Made by a program: the position numbers and the translations under genes
The notes under the pieces: generated by a model
What the model was told of the DNA's origin: nothing
The model's database searches: none
Seen by the model: the letters and a program-made list of their open reading frames with translations, nothing else
Shown: in pieces, positions 26,333-37,603 of the stretch
Layout of the letters: each line of letters starts with the position of its first letter
Numbering within the stretch: the first letter of the stretch is position 1
Origin: Schmidtea polychroa
Taxonomy: Eukaryota
NCBI GenBank assembly: GCA_044892525.1
Contig: CM097885.1
Location: forward strand, 930,001-994,000
DNA: 64,000 nucleotides
Direction of reading: 5' to 3'

Positions 26333-26510
<178 letters not shown>

Positions 26511-26817
26511 TACGATCACTTCAGATTTTTTTGAAAAATTTTTTTCATTAGCATTTGTACACTAGCCAAAATACTTAGTCGAATTTCTTGGACTATTTCA
26601 GATGGTCGTCTCAATTTTTTAAATAAATAAGCCTATTTACAACAGCAATATACTGTAGTAAATAGGCTTAAAATTTATCTGTGTGATGAACTGGTAAACG
26701 GCGGTCTTTTTTACTCCCGCTGTTGACCATTTGACTACTAAGCAGTTACTGTTAACCAGTTATTATTCAGTTATATAGAAATTTATCAATAGCACTGCTA
26801 CCCAGGAATACAAATAT

Positions 26818-27127
26818 AAGTTACCACAGGGGTAACTGGCTTGTGGTAGTTAAAAAACAGCCAATAGCCAGTTAACTGAATGCAAAAATGCATTGAAAAC
26901 ACTATTACCACTAGGTTAATTGGATTATGGTAGTTAAAAAACATCCAATAGCCAGTTAACCGAATGCATTGAAAACACTATTACCACGGGGTTAATTGGC
27001 TTATGGTGGTTAATAAACATCCAATAGCCAGTTAACCGAATGCATTGAAAACACTATTACCACGGGGTTAATTGGCTTATGGTGGTTAAAAAACATCCAA
27101 TAGCCAGTTAACCGAATGCCTTGAAAA
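26818..27127. repeat. Four ~76-bp tandem hairpin repeats downstream of 28S
   Basis: TTACCAC starts at 26821, 26905, 26981 and 27057. Each unit has GG(T/G)TAA(C/T)TGG(C/A) ... GCCAGTTAAC inverted arms. Confidence 0.93.
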
Positions 27128-27292
27128 TTTTCTTAGCATAAAAGCCCACATAATATAGTTAATAAACTATAATATGCAGGCAATTAGTTAATCTAAATTT
27201 CAATCTAGAAATTTAAAGTTAATTTTAAAAACGACATTAATGAATCATAAAGACTCAATACATATCTACACAATGAATGATTCCTAAAGAAT

Positions 27293-27706
27293 CAAATCAT
27301 CGCGTCAGATGGGGATGAAGTTCAAAATCTCGCAGTTTACACCACTCGAATTCTTACGCTTCCCCGACCGTAAAGTAAGTCGTCTACAAACGATTTAATG
27401 CCAACACGTAAATCATTAAAAATGATTCAAACATCCAAACTATTTTCATAGAATGGTTAGAGTTTAAATATATGGCTAAGCCACATCCACTAACTTGCGT
27501 TAATGAATAATAAAATTGCCTCATTACGAGGATGGCACAAAATATCATGATTTTTAGGCGAGATTCAGACTTAGAGGCGTTCAGTCTTAATCTCTCGGAT
27601 GGTAGCTTCGTGCCACTGACCTTTCGATCAAGCACATTTACCAGTGATCCGAATCTGCGGTTCCTCTCGTACTGAGCAGAATTACTATTATCATGACAAA
27701 TTATAT

Positions 27707-27743
<37 letters not shown>

Positions 27744-27802
27744 TCCAGCTCACGTTCCCTATTAGTGGGTGAACAATCCAACGCTTTGCGAATTCTACTT
27801 CG

Positions 27803-27840
<38 letters not shown>

Positions 27841-27886
27841 GACGTCGCTTTGAACGCTTGGCCGCCACAAGCCAGTTATCCTTGTG
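27293..27886 (-). rRNA. 28S rRNA: 28S (LSU) rRNA gene, 3'-terminal ~590 nt (5'-truncated, probably non-functional)
   Basis: Minus strand reads GGATAACTGGCTTGTGGCGGCCAAGCG...GATCCTTCGATGTCGGCTCTTCC...GACCGTCGTGAGACAGGTTAGTTTTACCCTAC, the sarcin-ricin loop AGTACGAGAGGAAC (~27660-27673), GACTGAACGCCTCTAAGTC, and ends near GATTTG. Confidence 0.97.
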
Positions 27887-29950
27887 AATAGTAGTCAAAA
27901 CCAAAATTTCAGAATAGGTGGTATTAATTTTTGGGTTGGTTTTGGGATTTCGCTTGTGTCCATGGATATTTTTATTCCAACAAGGGATTTAGGTTTATTA
28001 CAACTACAACATTTAGAGTTGGTAGCATTATTTTTATTTTTAGCGTTATCTGCTCCATTATCAGTTGCATTAATTACGGGTAAGTTGTCTATCAGAGCGA
28101 TGGCGTTTTTGGGATCATTAGAGAATAAAGATGAGTTGGACTGAAGGTTTTCGTTAAGGATAAATTTTTCGTTTAAAGGGGAGAGTTTATAAGAAATAGG
28201 GTTTATGAAAGAATACTCAACGTCATCGGTTACAGAGTTTCTTTGTATAGAAGCCTTTATGATATCATGAGAGTCGTTATGGCTTACTGAGTCTATGGAG
28301 ATGTGAGAGTTAGTTGTTTCGACGATAGAAGTATCGTTTAATGGAGAAGGTTTGAAGGATATGGGATTTTTTTCCATTCATTCTGTTTATCTGGTCGAGT
28401 TGCCTAAAATAAAGGTAAATATTGGAGCTATTAAAGATAATTTTATCGTAGTCTGGAGGCTTCAATGGTACCACGTCTTTTGCCTCCTGGCTTTTGTGAT
28501 ATTTTTCTCTTCTTCTCCATTGAGAACCCACCGAAAAAAGAAAAAATCAAATTTTATTTTATGCAATTAACGGGGCACATGGCCAAGAAGGGGAGATGTT
28601 ATCTGTAGCTTTTAGTTCAATAGACTGGATGTTAGAGTGTAATACTCCTACATCAAAACGTGGTTTTTCCTGAAAACTTCAGTCCTATTTGGAGTCTGGG
28701 ATCCATTCTGAAGCTCCTGGCATTGGCTCATTCACATTTACAGGTAAGCATCATTGAGCAGAGTAGGGATAATCATGGCTAATCACAGACTTGATCAGCC
28801 ATGGCTCGTATAGATGCATCTGGCATTCATTCATTCAGGTTAGTTTATTAGGAGAGGTAGACAAGTCCATCCTCTGTCTGGTGAGTATATGTCATTGAAT
28901 TCTCATTGAATTCTGAGGAGGCATTCCAAACAGATCGGGACAGATTTCGCAGTTATAGTAATTGTTAGGAGAAGCAGTTAAGGCTTCTGTCTGATTAGTT
29001 TACATGCCATTATGAGCACTAAAATCTTTCGTTTAAATCTATCCTTAATAGGATAGAGTTTATAATAAATAGGGTTTATGAAAGAATCCTCAACGTCATC
29101 GGTTACCGAGTTTCTTTGTATAGAAGCCTCTATGATATCATGAGATTCGTTATGGCTTACTGAGTCTATGGAGATGTGAGAGTTAGTTGTTTCGACGATA
29201 GAAGTATCGTTTAATGGAGAAGGTTTGAAGGATATGGGATTTTTCATAGAGTCATTATCCATATTAGAGTGTGAAAGGTGGTTAGAGTATTTCTTTGAGA
29301 TGTTGGACTCATCTTTAATGGGAGTTGAAGTAATATTTGGGAGATAGAGATTATCAAGATTAGTATTTGATGAGGCACTGCTCGATAGTTGGACATCATC
29401 GCAGTCTTCATCATCAAGATCACAGGTATTAGTTTTATTGGTATGAGGGTTTAAGTAAAAAGGAGTATGATTATCCGACGAAGATTTAAGGACTGGAGTG
29501 ATAGGAGTTGTAACTGAGATTGAGAGTATTGGCCTTGACAAGGTGTTTGTTGTCAAAAAGTCTCTTGATAATCGAGCAGATGAGATAACAGGTGTTTTTT
29601 TATGAATATTTCTATTATAATTAGATTTTGATAATTTAATATTAGAATTAGTGAATTTAAAAGATTTTAATATTTTATTTAGGCTTGAAGGTTTAATGGT
29701 ATTCATCTTTTTAGGTGAATTGGGGATATCGCGGTTATGGTCTATAAAGGTGGTGATTGGTTTTGAGAAGTGGGATAAAAGATTAAAGGCTTTTTAACAG
29801 TATTAACGTTGACGAAATTGTCAATATTTAGAGGAATGATAGGTTTAGAAGAGTGAGATCTTAAAGGATAGAGAACTAACGGTTTTATTATAACGGGTTT
29901 ATTTGAAGCAGTGGTGTTATAGGGCTTAATAAGGATAGAGTAAAGGCTAA
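27887..29950 (-). pseudogene. Rearranged NeSL/R5-like fragments (subfamily C, N-terminal low-complexity region)
   Basis: ORFs 28978-29706 and 27895-28377 share a ~190-bp duplicated block and resemble 11541-12752 (DDV.LSSS, SPLNDT). 28310-28531 is homologous to 3960-4050. Confidence 0.55.
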
Positions 29951-29964
29951 CTCGTAGGGTATTT

Positions 29965-31100
29965 CAATTTACGTTGTTCAATTTTCGTTAATTTCATCAT
30001 AGGTTTCCTACCCATTTTATAATAAAAAGGAAGAACCCTATTTAATTCTATATCCTCTATAGCACTTAAAAAACTCTCGACGCAATCTAAACCCATGAAC
30101 TGTTGATAAGACTTAGATCCGTCAAAGTTATTTACAAGTAAAAGACCAGCAAGTTAAAAGACCAGTCAGTAAACTGCAATAATTTATTTTGAGGGAAAGT
30201 GTAAAGAGTTGTTCCTAATTGATTACGTTTACATAATATTTCATGTTTTTCCAGTGCGTGTTTGTACCTAAACCCATTCAAACACCGATGGCACCATAAT
30301 GATTGTATGCGTGTAGGACAACTAGTGTTGATACCACAATTCAGTAACCTATTTAAATTACTTATAGCAACGTAATGGAAATTGTTTCCTTTATTAAATA
30401 GTAATAAATTAATTACAGTTCCATTTAAAACTTTGGAACGATGTATAATATCTAAATGTGGATGTTTTAATACATAATTATCAGTTAATTATTTGCTATT
30501 ATTATATGAAAAAACATTAATTATTAAACCCGAATTTTTAGATTCAAATTTTTCTAATGTCTTTTAATTTCATAGGTAATTCTAACGGGTCGTATACTAA
30601 GTCTATACTATACTAAGTACACTAGCATAACTACTAACTTCATCATATTTTAAAATAGCTAAAATGCTATATAAAAACATGAATCATCAGTGTTTTTTAT
30701 ATTAATTAAACGATATTTATTTTTTAGATAAGTAGGTGTTTCAATGAAACTCCTACCACTTAATCTACTTAACATACTTATTTTTGTTATGGTGAAATGT
30801 ATTTCAGTAATATTTTTTATATTCCAACTGCTTCCTAACTCAGTAATATTAGTAATTTTCTCATTTAATTCTTTAATGCCTTCATCAAAAATTGTTGCAG
30901 TTAAAGGCTTTGCATAATTTGAGATATTACTAACCTTTATTTACCCGTCTTTTTCAAATTCGATTGTTATTCCGAATTGAATTTTGACGGAGCCTAATTC
31001 GTTAATAATATCTCGTATTTTATTATTAGTTGTTCAGGAAATATTATTTCTTTTATATTTAAGTCGCTTGTATTTAAGCTTAATATTTGATGTGTAATTT
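29965..31100 (-). pseudogene. Inverted pPolB subfamily-1 N-terminal fragment (empty hAT site)
   Basis: Reverse complement of ~34645-35308 joined directly to 37612-38170, with a single TTATACAT (30441-30448). Confidence 0.9.
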
Positions 31101-31124
31101 TAGCAATAATTTAGCAATGAATCA

Positions 31125-31900
31125 ATTGGATTGACTCATGGTTTCGCGGGCTCACATCTCTCAACTATCCACCTGGTAGTAAAGTTGAAAAGCTGTTATT
31201 AACACACGAAGCGATGCGGATGATCTCATTGCTGTTATACTCAATAAGGAAATTGTGTGCTTAGATAGACCAATGAATATTGGACAAACCGTACTTGATT
31301 TATCTAAACTTCGCATGTACCAGTTTCAATATAAAGAACTGCAGAGTTATAGAGAAGAATTCAATTGTCAAATTAATATCGTAGCCGGTGACACATATTC
31401 CTTCTTTCTAGAGTGTAAAAATGTTGATTTACGCTTACAACTATATCCAAAAATGATTGAAGATGGACTCTTAGATACTTCAAATTATCCAGTGACTGAT
31501 TCATTTTTCTCAGATAAAATTTGTTCTGTAATCGGGAAATTCAAGGATTAGAATAAAGGAAATCAATATAAAGAATGGGTGTTTCTTCGTCCCAAGTGCT
31601 ACTCACTCCAAGGCGATAAAACACTCTAAAAGCCAAAGGAATAAGACTTACAAATTCTAATATCACCCATGAAGCTTATAAAAAAAGTGTATACTGATGG
31701 TGGAACAGTGAGCATCCCATAAAAAAGAATAGGAAGTGTTAATCATCAGTTGTATACTTTCATGACAGAAAAACGAGCTCTCCAATGTTTGGACGATAAA
31801 AGGTATTGGTACAATTGTAATGAAAGCTATGCCTACGGTCACTATAAGATTCGTCACATGCATATTGCAACTTCTATGTCTAGAAATGAATGCAAATCGA
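31125..31900 (+). pseudogene. pPolB subfamily-2 C-terminal fragment
   Basis: KVEKLLLTH, CLDRP.NIGQTVLDLSKLRMY, AGDT.SFF, GKFKD, FLRPKCYS, LDDKRYW, YAYGHYKI. Confidence 0.88.
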
Positions 31901-32571
31901 AACAAGCACTTTAACAATTAAATTTATGTGAATAATAAAATATATATTGTGAATTATTTGACTTCGTTAATTAAAATATGTTTTATCATTTAATAATTCA
32001 TTTGTCCAATTAATTTAGATAATTAGTTTTAAGTAAGAATTATTATTTATCATGAAAAACTTTGCTTTGTTTTGAAAAATTAATGCCCATTTTATTTTAA
32101 ATTAACACAGCTTTATTTTATGATAATTACTAATTAAAATTTTATTCAAATTGAAATATTATTGTTACAATTTACACTCTTGTTAGAATATATTAAATGT
32201 AAATGTAAAATAATAAAAATAAAAAAAAATAATAATAATAAATAAAAAAAATTAAATAAAAAAATTTAAATTAAAAAAAATAATAATAATTAGTTAAATA
32301 ATTAATTAAAAATTAATTAAAAATTAATTAAAAATTAATTAAAAAAATCAGTTAAATAACGTAAGTAATTAAAATAAAATATTAATAATTAATTAATTAA
32401 TTAAATGTAATAAATTGAAAATTAACTAAAGTAATTAATTAAAACAAAAAACATAATAAAATAATTAATTAATAAATTTAAAAAAAAATTAAATAAAATG
32501 ATTCGATTGACCTATATTTGATCTGGACATTGGGATGACTTGAAAGTGTCCTGGAGTCCTCACTATATAGT

Positions 32572-33075
32572 ACAACAGTTTATACGGTAAAACTGTGGAA
32601 AACTTGAAAAAAACGTATAAATTTGAGATTATGCAACAAAAGCAAAAGATTGATAACTTATTGTAGTCATCCTATGTTTCGTCGTAGCATCAAGATTGAG
32701 GATGATCTCATTGCTGTTATACTCAATAAGGAATATGTGTGCTTAGATAGACCAATGTATATTGGACAAACCATACTTGATTCATCTAAACTTCGCATGT
32801 ACCAGTTTCAATATAAAGAACTACAGAGTTATAGAGAAGAATTCAATTGTCAAATTAATATCGTAGCCGGTGACACAGATTCCTTCTTTCTAGAGTGTAA
32901 AAATGTAGATTTACGCTTACAACTGTATCCAAAAATGATTGAAGATGGGCTCTTAGATACTTCAAATTATCCAGTGACCGATCCGTTGTTCTCTGATGAA
33001 ATTTGTTCTGTAATCGGGAAAGTTAAGGATGAGAATAAAGGAAATCAATATAAAGAATGGGTGTTTCTTCGACCC
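32572..33075 (+). pseudogene. pPolB subfamily-2 palm fragment
   Basis: NSLYGKTVEN...RPMYIGQTILD...AGDTDSFF...GKVKDE...FLRP. Confidence 0.88.
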
Positions 33076-35308
33076 ATCAGTTAAATTTTAAATAAAAATT
33101 AATTTTTTTTTAATGACTGTTAGGTTAATAATTAAGTAATTGGTTTAATTTTAGAAGACTTTGAAATGCATTTGACTAAATAATTTTTTTCAATAATTTT
33201 CTAAGAATATTAACACATTGATGAACTTTTTTAAAAAAACATAAGGTAAGAAACCAGTTAACCTTATCAAGAACTTTAAATTTACTTGATAATTTACAGA
33301 AATAATATACAAAATTTAATTAACAGAAATAATTTACAAAATAATAATACAGAAATTTATGATTAAGTTTGCTTTTATGAACAATCAATATATATCATCT
33401 CTAGTTAGGTATTTGATAGGTGAAATATTTGTAGTAAATAATAAGTTTATTATGTCTTTGTTACATAACTCGACTTTAGCGTCAAAATGTGTTTTTAAAA
33501 TAAATTTTAATTTTAAAATACCGCAATGTAATATATTAATTTTTTCCTACCCTTCCTTGATTTTGATTGGTTAGAATTTGTTACTATAAACAATAATAAT
33601 CTATAAACAATAATAATCTATAAACAATAATCAATCATTAGTCACATTTAACAAATAATTAACCTTTAAAAATGAATTCTTTAATAGAAAACGTTATGAA
33701 TGTTCGAGAAAAAATTCAGGAATTTGGTAAAATTTAATTTATTTATTAATTAATTTATTAATTAATTTAGATAATATTAATGAAGACAATTTAAAATCGA
33801 AGATTAAAGGAAATTTGAAAAGAAAAAGTAAACATAATTTTTAATTTATTAATATAATTAATTAATAATTTAGGTAATACGAATAAAGAGAAAAAATATG
33901 TCAATGTGTCAATAAATCGAAATGAAAATTTACAATGTAAGTTTTGATTACATTTTATAATTTAAAGGAAATTTAATATAATTTTTTATTTAAGTAAATG
34001 TTAATATTTTTAATTTAGTAAATTTTTATTTTTTAGTAAATAAAATTTGTAAAATAATAATAATTTGCAAATTTTTGCGTAAACATTTATTAAAATCTTT
34101 CATTTAAATTATATATTTTTAATAAATTTTTATTTTATAGGTATACTTTATCCAAATTATTGTTCATCGAAAAAACATGATAATAATTGCCATTCTATAA
34201 TGGAGAATTACTACACGAAAAAATATTATAATAAAACTTATTTTATATGTCCCGTATGTAAGACTAGTGACCCTGTAACATATAGCGTTTTTTATAATAA
34301 ACATAAAAATCATTTAGATAGGTTTAATTTTAAAAAAGATAGTGTTTTTAAAAGACCCTCAACTATAGAAAAAAATAATACAAATAAAAAAATTAAATTA
34401 GATACTTCTTCTTTTGAATCCCAGGTCGCATTAGAGGTTGAATCCCAGGCTGGATTGTCTTTTGTTGAATCCAATGATGGATTGGTTGTTGAATCCCAGG
34501 ACGGATTGTCTTTTGTTGAATGCCACGTCGGATTGGTTGTTGAATCCAATGATGAATTATTCACTTCCTTTGATTCTTGGGATGGATTTAATATAATACA
34601 AATAGGTGGAAATGTATCGACAGTACAAAGAGATTTAAGAGGTACCCATCAAATATTAAGCTTAAATACAGCGACTTAAATATAAAAGAAGTAATATTTC
34701 CTGAACAACTAATAATAAAATTACGAGATATTATTAACGAATAAGGCTCCGTCAAAATTCAATTCGGAATAATAATCGAATTTGAAAAAGACGGGGAAAT
34801 AAAGGTTAATAATATCTCAAATTATGCAAAGCCTTTAACTGCATCATTTTTTGATCAAGGCATTAAAGAACTAAATGAGAAAATTACTAATATTACTGAG
34901 TTAGGAAGCAGTTGGAATATAAAAAATATTACTGAAATACATTTCACCATAACAAAAATAAGTAGGTTAAGTTGATTAAGTGGTAGGAGTTTCATTGAAA
35001 CACCTACTTATCTAAAAAATAAATATTGTTTAATTAATATAAAAAACACTGATGATTCATGTTTTTTATATAGCATTTTAGCTATTTTAAAATATGATGA
35101 AGTTAGTAGTTATGCTAGAAATAGGACATCGAGTTATAATTTATCTGACTTAGTATATAACCCGTTAGAATTACCTATGAAATTAAAAGACATTAGGAAA
35201 TTTGAATCTAAAAATTCGGGTTTAATAATTAATGTTTTTTCATATGATAATAGCAAACAATTAACTGATAATTATGTATTAAAACATTCACATTTAGATA
35301 TTATACAT

Positions 35309-37603
35309 CAGGGGTGCCCACTAATTTTTCTAGGAGTGCTACATTCACATCCAAAATGTGTATGCGATCTACTTTTTTAATACTTACATAATATTTACCT
35401 ACAATGCAATAAATTCATCATAATAGAACAAATATAAGTCAAAATATGGAAAATTAAACTATGTAACTATTTATTATAAAAAAATGTAACTTAGGAAATC
35501 AAATTTAATGAAAATTATTGTTATATAGAACTTTTCGATGTTGATGCTCTACATTGGGTTGAATCCACTAGATTTTTGTAGTTTGGGATATAAATGCTAA
35601 GACAACTTCTTAGGCTGGATTCCAAATGGTCATCTGTTAATGTTGCTCGGTACTTTGACTTAATAATTTTCATATGTGAAAATGCAGACTCACATAAATA
35701 AGTTGAACCAAAAAAAGATACTAAATTTTCGAAGCATTTTTTCAAGTTTGAATATTTATCCTCTGATAGATATTTCCATACATTTGGTTCGGAAGATCTT
35801 GATTTAATGAAGATATCATTTTGAAGTGTGATTATTTCCATTTCAAGTATAGGGATATCCATTTTAAACAAAGTTGAAATTGAATCTGCAACAATTTCTG
35901 GCTTTATATTTGGATTAAACGGAAAGGACATAAATGCAGCCACAATTTCAAGTTTCTTGAAGTCTTGAAAACGTCTCTCGAACTCTAAAACCAAAATTTC
36001 GATCTGTTCGGCATATCTCGTAATATTAAAGTTGACATTTTCAGATTCTTTTAATTGTGACAAATTATTTGGAAAATAACTTAAATTTTTGTCTTTTAAT
36101 TTTGGTAATAAGTAAATGAAGCTTTTGTATAAATGCAATGATTGAACTTATCATATCGAATATCAATTTATCCTTACGATGTAAGTCGAGATTTAATTCA
36201 TTCAGAATTGCAGTAATATCTACTAAAAATGCCAAATCCAAGAGCCAAACATCATCTTCCAATTGCTTGAACTCATCACCTCTTGGGGCAAGGAACAACT
36301 TAATCTCAGAAAGCAAATCTCTAAATCTTTGTAAGAATTTTCCTCTACTTAGCCACCTTACATCTGAATGCATCAGTAATTCAGCAGGACCTTCGCTATT
36401 ACTTTCTTCAATTTGTAATTTGAAAAGTCGTCTCTGAAGACTTCTTGCACGAATCGAGTTAGCAATTTTGAATGTTATTTCCATAATATCTCTCATATTC
36501 AGAATTTTAGCACACAAGGCTTGTTGATGAATAATACAGTTGTAGGAAAGAAAATCTGGGAATTCACAATCATTCCTACAATATGCTATAAATCCGTTGT
36601 GACGCCCTGTCATAGCTGGTGCGCCATCTGTTGTTATTGATACAAGCTTACAAATTTGGAGCTGAATGCTGTTGGCATAAGCTTTAAAATTCTGAAATAT
36701 ATCTTCACCTCGAGTTTTACTTTTGAGTGGTATAATTGTTAATAATTCTTCCTTCGTAGAAAAATCTTTAAAGACCATTCGAATAAAAATTATAAGCTGC
36801 GAAATATCAGCCGCATTAGTTGATTCGTCTGCTTGCAATGAAAATGCAGTACAATTTCCTATGTCTAACATTAACTGATATTTTAAATTGGTACTTATTT
36901 CTTGGACTCTCCGTGTAACTGTATTACGGGACAATTGCATATCAGTAATAGCAGAAATTATATCTGATTTATTTTTAAAATCACAAAATAATGATTCTGC
37001 CGCTTCTAAAAATGCTTCTTTTACAATTACTCCATCACTAAAAGATTTCTTATTTTTTGCCAGAATGTAGCTTACTCGGAAAGATGCAGCTGTAGCTGAC
37101 TTTGATTTGGATGTTAGCTTCGTAAAAAATGACTGTTGAAAAAAAATGCATGTTTTCAGTTCCATGATTTTAGACTTGCGTAGTTCACTGTCAAGTGGAT
37201 AATCAACTGCAAAATTCTTATGAATTGTCTTGAAATGCCTTTCCAAATTCCCTCTTTTTGGTAATGAAATAGTAGCTTTACAAATTAAGCAACAACATTT
37301 ACCTTTAATCATTACAAAGAAGTACTCCTTCTCCATTTCTTCGCTATAATGATAAGTCTTGGCTTTTCTATTTAGCATTTTTTATTTAACATTTTTTATT
37401 TAGCATTTTTAAACAAAATTAATTTAACAAAAAAGCTTAAGAAAATTTTTCACTTTGTTACACAAAAATTTAAGCATAAAACAGAAATTTTATATAAAAT
37501 CTAAATTTATATAAAAAATATTTAAAAAATATTTATGAAGATCTACTAAAAAATCCTTCGCGATCTACCGGCTAGATCGCGATCGAACTTATGGGCACCC
37601 CTG
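35309..37603 (-). mobile_element. hAT DNA transposon, Buster/SPIN/Charlie-type, 2295 bp
   Basis: 12-bp TIRs CAGGGGTGCCCA (35309-35320) / TGGGCACCCCTG (37592-37603). 8-bp TSD TTATACAT (35301-35308, 37604-37611), fitting NNNTANNN. Confidence 0.97.
35521..37378 (-). pseudogene. hAT transposase (GTF2IRD2/SPIN-like), one frameshift near 36100
   Basis: BED-like CLIC..H..H, LQADEST, ITTDGAPAM, CIIHQQALC, DVRWLSRG, FGSTYLCESAFS. Confidence 0.95.

Noticed and set aside
26682..26740. Box C/D snoRNA (GTGATGA followed by a 28S-complementary tract)
   Set aside because: No CTGA box D at the required position after the guide, and the tract is sequestered in a hairpin.
27384..27904. ORFs 27384-27635 and 27719-27904
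   Set aside because: Spurious translations of 28S rDNA.
33359..33574. ORF MIKFAFMNNQ... repeated at 49585, 53994, 58619, 63011 (and minus ORFs MLKCLFRF...)
   Set aside because: Recurrence is due to DNA duplication. No domain, variable ends; the minus ORFs are antisense to pPolB.
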